DNA of 49,249 nt, filler included, from Stramenopiles sp. TOSAG23-3 (lineage: Eukaryota), in assembly GCA_900128585.1 (NCBI GenBank). It is 4 parts of 4 records of this genome, joined end to end, with 100 filler letters (N's around TTAATTAATTAA, not from the genome) between each part and the next. Parts side by side here need not be neighbours in the genome. Positions count along the whole stretch, not along the records: positions 1 to 22,499 come from LT642334.1; 3 more parts are not named here. The stretch is one strand, 5' to 3'. Within the stretch, counting starts at the first letter, position 1. Each line of letters opens with the position of its first letter. The translations under genes were made by a program, and so were the position numbers. Below the pieces are notes generated by a model that had not been told where the DNA came from, searched no databases, and saw only the letters and a program-made list of their open reading frames with translations. Positions 10,195 to 19,974 of this stretch are shown piece after piece.

Positions 10195-12348
10195 CTAATT
10201 TCCCTTTAGTTCTCTCCTTTCATGACGGTGTGCCATGCCAGGAAGTTCGTAGCTTGCCTCGAACTCATCTTTGAAGCATACTCGAAAATCTATGGATAGC
10301 CTGGGCGACGCTTTACTATGTTTCATAGAAAAATGACGACAGCGTGCGCCGTAGAAACGCCCTATAAAACAGTCCATCCCATCGTCGTTTCCTCCCTGGG
10401 GAGGAGGGAGCAACGGCTCCCAATTCCCCTTTCCCTTTTCTGTCTCTATCCACAACGTGGTGCTAGCGTCTACTTCATCCAGAGGGAACCAAAAATTCAA
10501 TTCGCACGGTTGATGGCCATATTCGTCATCGCTGTGCAACTGGGCCATAAACTTATTATGGAACGTCCCTTCCTTTGAGGATGGCACGTGCCTTAACGAT
10601 GGGGGGTATTGGTACAACAAAGAAAGCGAGCCTTTCTTAGGCACACTGTTCGTCAATGTCTTCAATCTCTCGCTGTGTAAGTGAGGCGCGACGACCAACT
10701 CTATAAGTTTTGTGTATGCTTTTGTGAACCGCACATTCTGAGCGATTAACGCGTGCGGAATTCGATAAGAGGGAAGTTTGTTTTTTTTTAGCCATTTCAA
10801 AATTTTCCTTTCGTTGAACGCTTTCGCCTGGATTACTTCTGTTGCGGCAGATTTCAATTCTGCTTGCAGTGCCATCATTAAATCGGATTTTACAAGGTAA
10901 GACACCGATCGTAGGCGTTCGTGGGGCTCTTTCAAAGCTGCAAACTCTTTCGAGTGCCGGGCTAATAACTTCCTGCCTTTCGAGATTTTGTCTGCAAACG
11001 TTTGTTCCATCTTTTTAATCTCCGCGTTTGAAATAACCCCATGCGATGTCTCGTTCCGCTTGTGCAATCGGGTCATGCCAGACATGCATTCCAACAGTGC
11101 ATCTATGTCTTCTGTCGTGTTAAAGTAATTTACGGATGCCCGGACGAGGCCAGCGTCTGGAATGTTTCGAGACAGGGCATCCAAGGGAGAAGATCTAGAG
11201 GGGCTGACGTGAATGTATATCGACCTGGCCTCCGCATATGCTTTCACGTCCATGGCATTGATTGCTTCGACACAAAATGTCACGATTCCACACTGTTCAC
11301 CGTCCACACCAAGGTCCATTACTGTAACCGTGGGAATAGCGCGCAATTGTTTTCGCAACAGCTGCGCTAGTTCTACCACTCTCGCCTGAACGTGCTTAAT
11401 CCCAATACTGAGCAATTCCTGAACACTAATGCCAAGAGCAACGTGCCCTGCAAAATTAGATTCCCACTGTTCAAACCGGCGAGCCCCCTTGGCCAACGTG
11501 TAGCTCACGCCTGTTTCGGAGATACGGACAGGGGCAGCGAAATGATCAAGCGTCGGAGGCTCCTGAACCCGTGACGAACCAGAATCCATCTCTTCCATGA
11601 TTTTATTCCGAGCGTACAGAAAACCAGTCCCTCTTGGCCCCCTTAAGAACTTTCTTCCCGTTGCTGCCAAAAAATCACAGCCAATCTTTTGTACATCGAC
11701 TACTAATTGACCAACGCCTTGGCAGCTGTCACAAATGTACAGGATCCCGTGGCGCTTGGCTATCTCCCCAATCTTTTCAACCGGGTTTACTATACCCCCA
11801 TTTGTTGGGACGTGCGTAATGCACAGCGCCTTAACACGACGGCCAAAGTCGTTCAAGTACAGCTCTAACTTGCGTAAATCAACATATCCATGGCTATCGC
11901 TGTCTAAGCACTTTAATTCGCCCCCGAACCGCCTCGTGTGCTGCATCATCGCGACATAGTTCCCAGCGTATTCGGTTTTGGAAGTCAAGACGATATCACC
12001 TGGCTCCAGTTTTACGCAATAAAAAGCTCGCATCCACGCTGTTGTTGCAGAGTCTACCAGGGCTATCTCGTAGAACTCTGCGTTCAAAAGTTTCGCTATA
12101 TTCTCCCTTGTTCTTTCAAAATTAGAGGTGTTTTCTTTTGCTGCCACGTAGCCCCCAACTAACCTTTCCCGCCTCAGTACGCCAATGTAGGCCTCATATG
12201 CATCTTTTGACATAGGCGACGCACCCGCCGCGTTCAAGTGGACATGAGGCGCACCACAACCTTCAATCCCTTTCCTACTAGCTTTTACAAATTCCATAAT
12301 GTCCGTGCCTCCATTGCATGGTGCACCCTCTCCTTTCAACAATTCCAT
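10195..12348 (-). CDS. Class-V PLP aminotransferase / cysteine desulfurase-like (EgtE-like) domain fused to a C-terminal PhyH/StrG-like 2OG-Fe(II) dioxygenase-like domain
   Basis: HLNAAGAS, THVPTNGG.VNP, DSCQGVGQ and DFLAATGRKFLRGPRGTGFLY (PLP lysine); C-terminal HSD..YGH...ELNFWFPL...H...R.SIDFR. Likely ATG is at 12348. Confidence 0.8.
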   Translation of the reverse strand: MELLKGEGAPCNGGTDIMEFVKASRKGIEGCGAPHVHLNAAGASPMSKDAYEAYIGVLRRERLVGGYVAAKENTSNFERTRENIAKLLNAEFYEIALVDSATTAWMRAFYCVKLEPGDIVLTSKTEYAGNYVAMMQHTRRFGGELKCLDSDSHGYVDLRKLELYLNDFGRRVKALCITHVPTNGGIVNPVEKIGEIAKRHGILYICDSCQGVGQLVVDVQKIGCDFLAATGRKFLRGPRGTGFLYARNKIMEEMDSGSSRVQEPPTLDHFAAPVRISETGVSYTLAKGARRFEQWESNFAGHVALGISVQELLSIGIKHVQARVVELAQLLRKQLRAIPTVTVMDLGVDGEQCGIVTFCVEAINAMDVKAYAEARSIYIHVSPSRSSPLDALSRNIPDAGLVRASVNYFNTTEDIDALLECMSGMTRLHKRNETSHGVISNAEIKKMEQTFADKISKGRKLLARHSKEFAALKEPHERLRSVSYLVKSDLMMALQAELKSAATEVIQAKAFNERKILKWLKKNKLPSYRIPHALIAQNVRFTKAYTKLIELVVAPHLHSERLKTLTNSVPKKGSLSLLYQYPPSLRHVPSSKEGTFHNKFMAQLHSDDEYGHQPCELNFWFPLDEVDASTTLWIETEKGKGNWEPLLPPPQGGNDDGMDCFIGRFYGARCRHFSMKHSKASPRLSIDFRVCFKDEFEASYELPGMAHRHERRELKGN

Positions 12349-13068
12349 GATTTCTTCGCGTGAACGAATCTGCTGTCTCGTTCTATGACCATTTGTATAA
12401 AGAAAAACGAAATTAAATCCAAGGTGTTCACTTGGTGATCTATATACGGTGTATGTTGGTACGAAAAAAATATTCATCAAGCGAAGAAGTTTGTGGGGCC
12501 GGGTGTCCACCGCGCCACTACCGTTTTTTTTCGAGAGAAGAAGAAGAATAAATTTTTTTGCGCGTGGTGGTGGTGGTGGTGGTGGTTGTTGTAGGGTGTG
12601 GTTTGGATATAGGTCATAACCAGTATATATAAATACGATTTATTCGTATAGTATATTTTTCACTTCCCCACCACCGTCCATCTGTTTTTTTTATTTATTA
12701 TTATTAGGAATAAAAAAAATAATACTACTATAAATAATATAGTCAGTCGTCTACTATTACCTTGATGTACGAGGATACTACTTTTTTTCTTCTTCTTTTC
12801 TTTTTTCTTCTTCTTTTTTTCTTCTCTTCTTCTTCAAAATGTTTTATTTCTTTCTTCGGGCATTTCTACTTCGCCGACTATCATCTGTAGAACTATTATG
12901 AGATATATATGATGAGGCATATGTACAAAGCATTCGATGAAAACGAGAAAAGCTGTAATGTCACTTTGAAACTTGCAAAAAAACTATACGACTGTTTGAC
13001 ATTGTAACAAGAAACCAGCGCAAATATAGTCTACCTCAGTAGAGTACACGCAGAAACAAACAATAAAC

Positions 13069-14868
13069 ATGGCCCAACCTCTCGTGAAGATGAACGCGGA
13101 ACGGGCCTTGTCGTTGCCAAAACAGGTTGCGAAAGCTGGTGGAATCGCGGCGTGGAACGATCGTACACCGGAATCAGCCCATCAATGGCGGCTTGTTGAG
13201 CGTATGTGCAGTGCCACAACTGTTGAAGAGGCTGCTGTTGAAATCGACGCCATCCTTGCGCTGGGTCACAAGATCTGGGCGTACGTGTATTTTCGCGTAT
13301 TGCACAAACGCAGCGCCGATCTGCTGTATGCTTTGATCCTTTCCGACCCGAAGAAATATATGCCCATAGCGTATACGCCTACCGTTGGGGAAGCTTGCCA
13401 GAAATTTGGCATGATGCCGCAGTTTAGTCGCGGGTGTTATGTTAGCATCGAAGATCGTGGTAACTTTGTTGCAGTCCTCAGAGAGTACGGGGCGGCCCAC
13501 ATGGACGTCGGCCCCGACGGGAAGTATTGCTGCGACTGTATTGTTTTCTCCGATGGTGGGCGAATACTTGGGCTGGGAGACCTGGGGGCCTGGGGAATGG
13601 GCATTCCCATCGGAAAACTCGACCTGTACACGGCAGTAGGTGGCGTTGATCCAAAACGCACGGTGCCCGTTATTATCGATGCAGGCGTCATGGATTCTGA
13701 TGCAAACAGCGCCCATCTGGACATACGAGGAGACGTTAACTACACTGGCACCTTGCGGGACCGAGTTAGGGTACGCAACGAGGCAGGGGCCCTCATCAAT
13801 GAAGCCTACTACGGGGAAGGAAATATTATTGAAGAATTTATGTCTGCCGCCGTCGAGGTATTTGGAGATCGGGTTCTCCTACAATTCGAAGATTTTAATT
13901 CCAACGATGCATTCCCACTACTCGCCCGCTACAGAAGCAAGTACCTTACGTACAACGACGACATTCAGGGAACAGCGGCTGTGACGGTGGCTGGCATTCT
14001 AGGTGCACTTAAGCTGAAGTTCCCTGGGGATACTAATCTTCTTGCAAAGGTAAAGAGGGAGACTATTGTCTTCTTTGGCTCTGGCTCGGCAAACCTTGGC
14101 GCGGCGTCTCTTTTGACCAGTAAAGACGGGGGCATGCCAATGAGCAATGTCTATATGACCGGATCTCGTGGTCTAATATGGAAGAGTGAGGATGGTTCCG
14201 ACGGAACGTATCGAAACAATGAGCAAAAGCTGTTCGCCGTTTCCCCGGAGCCGAAATGGGCCCACAAAAGATTAATCGATATCGTATCAAATGTTAAGCC
14301 GACAATTCTTGTCGGTGCCGCAGGTCACGCGCCTGGTGCCTTTGATAGAGAGGTGGTTGAAAAAATGGTTACGGTAAATGCGGAAGGGACAGATCACGAA
14401 GATCCGTCCCACCGCCCGGTCATTTTCGCACTCAGCAATCCCACATCGCAGGCGGAGGCGACTAGTGAGGAAGTTTATACGTTTTCGAAGGGTGCAGCAA
14501 TTTATGGTTCTGGGACGGGGATGCCTCCGGTGACCATCTTGGGGCAGACGCATTATCCTGGACAAGTGAACAATGTGTACATATTTCCGGCAATGAGCTT
14601 TGCAGCTGTTTATTGCCACGCTAAGGAAATTACAGATCGCCTCTTCCTAGTAGCCGCGGAGGCCGTGGCAAACTCATTAAGCTCAGAAGACCTTCGACAG
14701 GACCGGGTAATCCCACCAATCGATCGTATCCGGGAAGTGTCACGTAATGTTGCGACAGCAGTTATCCTTGCTTGCCAGTCGGACGGCTTAGCACAAAAAC
14801 AAATTGGGGCGACCTGGGACGAGGTGTATGCAAGCGTCACGAATGCCATGTACACCCCGACCGTGTAA
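13069..14868 (+). CDS. NAD(P)-dependent malic enzyme
   Basis: YTPTVGEAC, DGGRILGLGDLG..GMGIPIGKL, QFEDF, NDDIQGTAAV, G.GSA, FALSNPT, PGQ.NN.YIFP. Confidence 0.97.
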   Translation: MAQPLVKMNAERALSLPKQVAKAGGIAAWNDRTPESAHQWRLVERMCSATTVEEAAVEIDAILALGHKIWAYVYFRVLHKRSADLLYALILSDPKKYMPIAYTPTVGEACQKFGMMPQFSRGCYVSIEDRGNFVAVLREYGAAHMDVGPDGKYCCDCIVFSDGGRILGLGDLGAWGMGIPIGKLDLYTAVGGVDPKRTVPVIIDAGVMDSDANSAHLDIRGDVNYTGTLRDRVRVRNEAGALINEAYYGEGNIIEEFMSAAVEVFGDRVLLQFEDFNSNDAFPLLARYRSKYLTYNDDIQGTAAVTVAGILGALKLKFPGDTNLLAKVKRETIVFFGSGSANLGAASLLTSKDGGMPMSNVYMTGSRGLIWKSEDGSDGTYRNNEQKLFAVSPEPKWAHKRLIDIVSNVKPTILVGAAGHAPGAFDREVVEKMVTVNAEGTDHEDPSHRPVIFALSNPTSQAEATSEEVYTFSKGAAIYGSGTGMPPVTILGQTHYPGQVNNVYIFPAMSFAAVYCHAKEITDRLFLVAAEAVANSLSSEDLRQDRVIPPIDRIREVSRNVATAVILACQSDGLAQKQIGATWDEVYASVTNAMYTPTV

Positions 14869-15363
14869 GGTTAAAGGCGGGCTGGCTACGAGTATGAATA
14901 TCTGTGCAGACTGGTTGATCAAGAAAAAATGAGCTTAATCTTGTAGTCATTCTTTTGCAGATGTTCCATACTTTAGTAATTCTTAATTGTTAGAGTCTAT
15001 TTATGATGATAAATGGAAAATGGTTAGAATTCATGTGAAATTTTGCAACCCGTACACGAAGGTGTACATGACAACAAAACGACATCTCAAAGAATTATAT
15101 TTCTGACTTTTCTTTTGAGTAGTTATAAAATAAGGTTTCTAAGAAATCCTCTTCTTCTATTACCACCACCCACCCACCCCCCACCTGAAGTTTAATACTC
15201 TGAGGTGGGTGCACCAGAATCGAAGATTTTAGCAGGGGACCATTTATTTCTCTAATGGTGTGTATAGTATTAGTGTTGCATATGCTGTGTGCTGTAAAAA
15301 GCAAAACTCTTATTTGATATCTGTACTGGTTCGTATACTCAAAAAATATTCATAGGGGTCCGA

Positions 15364-16575
15364 TTAATTTCCTCCTTCATATTCGCTTGACCCATATGGC
15401 AAACGTTTTCGTCTATTGCTTGATTCCATTGGGTGGGCATGCTTCTCTAGGGCACGTGCCTTGCCATTTTCACACAATTCAAACTCAATTATATTGTACC
15501 CTGGCCAGCCACCGATTATCTCCAAGACTTCTGTGTCCCAGTCCAACCATGCACTTGGCCGCTGCCCATTTCGGGCAGTCAAAATTTGTTTGCGAACTCT
15601 GTTTTCTGGCCCTAGGAATTCTCTAGCAGCATATATTGGGGCGTAATGGTTCGTCAAATGAAAAATTAATTGTCTTCTCGGACTTTTCAAACTCTTCTTT
15701 ATCCGTTCCCAATCTCGCCTCCCGGTCTTGCTGTTCTGAACCATTACAGTGGCGACTACGTTAATGTTAGCGTATTTAGAAGCAACGGCTTCTGTTGCCC
15801 TGCGTATTCCCACACTTCCAACGATGGAAGTGTGAGGGTTATTTTTTCGCTTTAACTTCATAAGGCCTTTCTTCAGGCGTAGAATTTCTTTCAGCTTTTT
15901 CAGAACAGGTTTCTGGGTCTCCGTATCTTGCTCGGCCAGCCACATCTTGGCATATTCAGCGAGATCTGATTTCGTACAATCGTAATATCCCCTAGCACCA
16001 TTGCCAAAGCAATTGGCTGTAATAAAACCAAACATATTTTGCACGCGCAATCCCTTGTTGGACTGCTCCACCCGTAATATCGATGCGTGCAAAATTCTCT
16101 TGGTCTGTTCAATGTAGAAATTGAGGACAGTTTGTGTTGTCACTTTCACCTTCCTTTGCAGAGCGTTGAGAACATTTGCAACAGAGGTAGCACCACAAGA
16201 GTAGGAACTCTGCTCCATCCAAGTTTTAAACAGTGATTCAGAGTGAAAAATGGCGACGCTGCTCTCTTTTGGGTCCAGTGGGTACCGTAACGCAGTAAGA
16301 AGCGCTTCGCCCTGTGCGTGTGGCAAGCCAAAGTAGCTCCCGAAGCCCTCTTCGCCGACCATAGCTTTCACGAGTAATTCGTCCCTGAAATTCATTTCAT
16401 TATTCTCTTGTATAGTCAACAAACGCGCTAGTTCCTGGTCCAAATCAAGTTGGTGTTGATCACCACCACGCCTCGAATTGCAAATCTCACACGCCAGTTG
16501 ACTAGTCATATTTTCAAAAGTACATTTGCCACAAACCCAACCGCAGTCTTCAGCGTGCCCGACCGTTAAAGCCAT
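15364..16575 (-). CDS. NZF/RanBP2-type zinc finger plus BIVM-like papain-fold domain protein
   Basis: WVCGKCTFEN...CEIC; DQELARLL.IQE; Q...SCGATSVANVLN; FHLTNHY; ILTAR.GQRP..W.DW. Confidence 0.65.
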   Translation of the reverse strand: MALTVGHAEDCGWVCGKCTFENMTSQLACEICNSRRGGDQHQLDLDQELARLLTIQENNEMNFRDELLVKAMVGEEGFGSYFGLPHAQGEALLTALRYPLDPKESSVAIFHSESLFKTWMEQSSYSCGATSVANVLNALQRKVKVTTQTVLNFYIEQTKRILHASILRVEQSNKGLRVQNMFGFITANCFGNGARGYYDCTKSDLAEYAKMWLAEQDTETQKPVLKKLKEILRLKKGLMKLKRKNNPHTSIVGSVGIRRATEAVASKYANINVVATVMVQNSKTGRRDWERIKKSLKSPRRQLIFHLTNHYAPIYAAREFLGPENRVRKQILTARNGQRPSAWLDWDTEVLEIIGGWPGYNIIEFELCENGKARALEKHAHPMESSNRRKRLPYGSSEYEGGN

Positions 16576-17247
16576 CCCCTTCCTTATTGCCGGTACGGGG
16601 GTCTTGGATGCCAAATTTGTGAATATACTATTTATTTGCGCTACTTGAACTAGATTACATTTTTGCAGTGTGATTGGTTGTGTTCCACAAAATTAGATTA
16701 AACTTGTACGAGTCCAAGAAATTCGACATATTCATCATCAAGCGAGTATGGTATGCTGTACTAAAATATTATATTAGGCAGCGGATATTAAAATTATTAT
16801 GGAAAAAAGAAGAAGAAAAAAATTCGCTGTAATAATAATTGTATTCAGTAAACAATGCTGTGGTGATGTTGATTTTATTGATCAACAGATTTTATGAAGG
16901 TGTTGGTCCTGTTGTCCCTACAACCTATCTTTTTTTTTCTCTTTTTTTCTCTTCTTCTTCCTTCCTCCTCTTCAGTCCTTCAGCAACAAAAAATCAATCA
17001 ACCACCACCCACCACCAACACACCAACAACAAATAATAAAACCCTCCGTGATGGTACAACAAAAAATAATATTATATTATATAAAACCAAAAATATCTCC
17101 TCTGTTGAAGTCGTGCATTGCATGTTTCGTTAGTATATTTGATATTCATACAGCAATTGTTTAAAGGAATAAACCAGCATGAAAATGTAAAATTATTTAA
17201 ATAATTTAATTGCTCCTCTACGCTTTAGTTTGTTGTTCGAAAGCAGC

Positions 17248-18123
17248 ATGTTACCCAAGAAAGCTATCAAACCAGATCGGTTTAACGGCCTGACGATAAA
17301 CGTGACTGAGAAATTGTTTTCTGACTACAGCCCGCAACAGTTTAAAACTGCTTTACATGCTCATGTACTGGAGTGGAAGAAACAGCAAAAGAAAGGCGTA
17401 TGGTTAAAGATACCAAGCCTTTTGGCAAAATTTGTTCCTTCTGCAATTGAAACTGGTTTCTCGTACCATCACTGCATGCCGAACTTTGTTATGCTTACAT
17501 TATGGCTTCCCGAGGGCATTTCTTCTTTGCCACTGCGGCCGCACCACCAGCTTGGCGTCGGGGGTTACATTCTGAATGCAAAAAATGAAATATTGGTTAT
17601 TCAAGAAAAGCATGGCATCACAGCAGGGATGAAAGATTTTTGGAAGCTGCCGGGGGGGGTAGTAGACCCCAACGAGAGCATTGCCCACGCTGTAGAACGT
17701 GAGGTTTTAGAAGAAACGGGGGTTCGGGTGAAATTCCAAACGATTGCCTCCGTTCGAGAAAGCCACCAAGGCATGTACGGGGGAATGACAGATTTGTACT
17801 GCGTCTGCGTCTGCGTTTTAGACGAAAGTGTGTACAAAGGCGAGCAGTCGCCCGTACCAGTTCCGCAAGAAAAAGAAATAGCTGCGTCCAAATGGATGCT
17901 TGCAGATGAGTTCTTCAAGTTGAAGTTTTATTCTCGTAGGTCTTTATTTTCAGACCTACTTCGCCATGCAGCACTGACAGCTCAGGATATTAAAGGAGGC
18001 GTGGGGTCCGTCGGCCGACAGAGTGGCGGTGCCGCTCACACCAAAGGCCTTGTTTATACGGAAGGGGCAAAATCAAGAACGGGGAAGGTTCGAGATGGAA
18101 TCTATGCGTCATCTAAACTTTGA
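17248..18123 (+). CDS. Nudix hydrolase, NUDT6-like
   Basis: Nudix box GGVVDPNESIAHAVEREVLEETGV; N-terminal GVWLKIP...GF.YHH....VML..WL domain typical of NUDT6. Confidence 0.92.
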   Translation: MLPKKAIKPDRFNGLTINVTEKLFSDYSPQQFKTALHAHVLEWKKQQKKGVWLKIPSLLAKFVPSAIETGFSYHHCMPNFVMLTLWLPEGISSLPLRPHHQLGVGGYILNAKNEILVIQEKHGITAGMKDFWKLPGGVVDPNESIAHAVEREVLEETGVRVKFQTIASVRESHQGMYGGMTDLYCVCVCVLDESVYKGEQSPVPVPQEKEIAASKWMLADEFFKLKFYSRRSLFSDLLRHAALTAQDIKGGVGSVGRQSGGAAHTKGLVYTEGAKSRTGKVRDGIYASSKL

Positions 18124-18627
18124 ACTTTGACAAACTATAATATTATATTTATCTTGATTTCTTATTTAAAATATTCGATAAAATAATTTTTCACTTGCGA
18201 TGTGGTCTGGCGTAATAACAGAAATAGAAAAAAATTAAATAGTATTATTATAGACGACTTCTAATAAAATATGCATGCACAATTACTTACTCTCTAGTCG
18301 TCTTTCTTATTATATAGCTTAGTAAATAAATAAAAAAAGAGATGGTGGTGTGTTGGATTTGAATATGCGGTACCTACCTGGTACCGGTACCTGTACCTTG
18401 GTATAATTGAAGGAAGAATGATGACACCAACTCTCCTTTTTTTTTTCCTGCCGGTGTACTACCTACGGTATTTTATTAATTTATTACGAGTAGGTAACAA
18501 CTTTGTGTTTTGATGTATAATCATGCAAATTGCAACAGAGAACGTCAAAAAAGCTTTAAAAAGGCGATGAATAATTAATTGCCACCTTTCACTCGAAAGA
18601 GGGTATTTGCTTTGTTATCTCTGCAGC

Positions 18628-19752
18628 ATGTCCTCCAAAAAGAATGAAGGGGGGGCAGTAGTTCCCGGGGAGAGGGCGCGCAAGGGCTCGCCGTCGAAAT
18701 TGTGTTTGTATGCTTTGCTTGTCCTTGCTGTTACGATGTGCTCTTCGGCGGGTACTGTTTTTCTTTTGATGTCAGAGGTTCCTCCCTTTTTGCGTGCTTC
18801 TTGGAGGCTTTATGCGCAAACAATTGTTCAGATTGTGCCCTTCGTGTGCGAATACCGGAAATTAGCTAACAAACAAGGCGACGATACGATAGCGAAATGG
18901 CGACAACATTTCCTATGGATGCTGTTGAGTGGATTTTTTCTAGGACTGCACTTTGCATCCTGGGTGTGGTCTTTGGAACATACAAGTTTGGCGCATTCCC
19001 TTTTGTGGGTCACCATGTACCCGATAGTTTTAAACAGTGGTCATTGGGTCTGTTTCTTGGTGTCGCAGTACCTTTATCTTAAGTGGAAAGAGTTTTTTGA
19101 GAAACCAACGTGGTTGGAGACCGCAGGGTCAATAGTTGGGATCGGGGGGGCGATTGTTATGCTGGCGGACGTAACGGTGGCTTCTTCCCCAAATGAAAAA
19201 TCGCCTACAATTGTTGGCGACATGGCCGCGTTCATGGGGGCAGTGACGATGTGCGTGTACTTGTTGGTGGGCCGTTGGATGCGGAAGTGGTGCCCTATAT
19301 GGTTGTACATGACCCCGGTTGCATTTTTTGCCGCGCTTACTTGCACTGTTGCCTCTGCCCTTTTTGAAGGAATGTCGTGGGGAGGGCTTGGTGCAACTTC
19401 TTGGTTTGGATTTTTGTCGCCCCTTTACATTCTTTTTGCATTCTACTTAGGTGGCGGTGCTGGTGTTGGAGGTCACACTCTGCTGAACTATTTGCTGACT
19501 TTCTTGTCCACCCTTGTAGTTTCGACATCACTCTTGTTGGAGCCGTTGGTTGGGTCACTCCTTGGCGCCTGCTTTGGGTTACAAAGTTTGCCAGGGCTGT
19601 ATACCATATTGGGAACCCCTGTTCTATTCGCTGGGTTGGGCATGATCATAGCGGGGGAGCAACGACGAGTGACGGCGAGAAAGGTAACTGAACAGGAGGC
19701 AATGTCCGTGGCAAAGAAAAATGATGTTGAAATCGAAATCGAAATTTCTTAA
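18628..19752 (+). CDS. EamA/DMT family transporter
   Basis: About 10 hydrophobic segments; LGLHFASWVWSL..TS, GD..AF.GA, GGHTLLN, LLEP..G. Confidence 0.9.
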   Translation: MSSKKNEGGAVVPGERARKGSPSKLCLYALLVLAVTMCSSAGTVFLLMSEVPPFLRASWRLYAQTIVQIVPFVCEYRKLANKQGDDTIAKWRQHFLWMLLSGFFLGLHFASWVWSLEHTSLAHSLLWVTMYPIVLNSGHWVCFLVSQYLYLKWKEFFEKPTWLETAGSIVGIGGAIVMLADVTVASSPNEKSPTIVGDMAAFMGAVTMCVYLLVGRWMRKWCPIWLYMTPVAFFAALTCTVASALFEGMSWGGLGATSWFGFLSPLYILFAFYLGGGAGVGGHTLLNYLLTFLSTLVVSTSLLLEPLVGSLLGACFGLQSLPGLYTILGTPVLFAGLGMIIAGEQRRVTARKVTEQEAMSVAKKNDVEIEIEIS

Positions 19753-19974
19753 ATCTTACTTCGTAAGCATACGACTGTTCGTATTATCATATAATTTGTT
19801 TTTCATATTATGATAACTTTAAATTTGTAACATCTAAGCAAGAGTGTATTAATCAAACAAGTCTTAAGATTAAGTGGAAGAGTATGATAAGGAGATACTC
19901 TTACGTACACTTTCATACACACGTGCTTAGCCGAAAGGTTGTAAAACCTTTACCTCGGGTACCGTTACTCTCTT

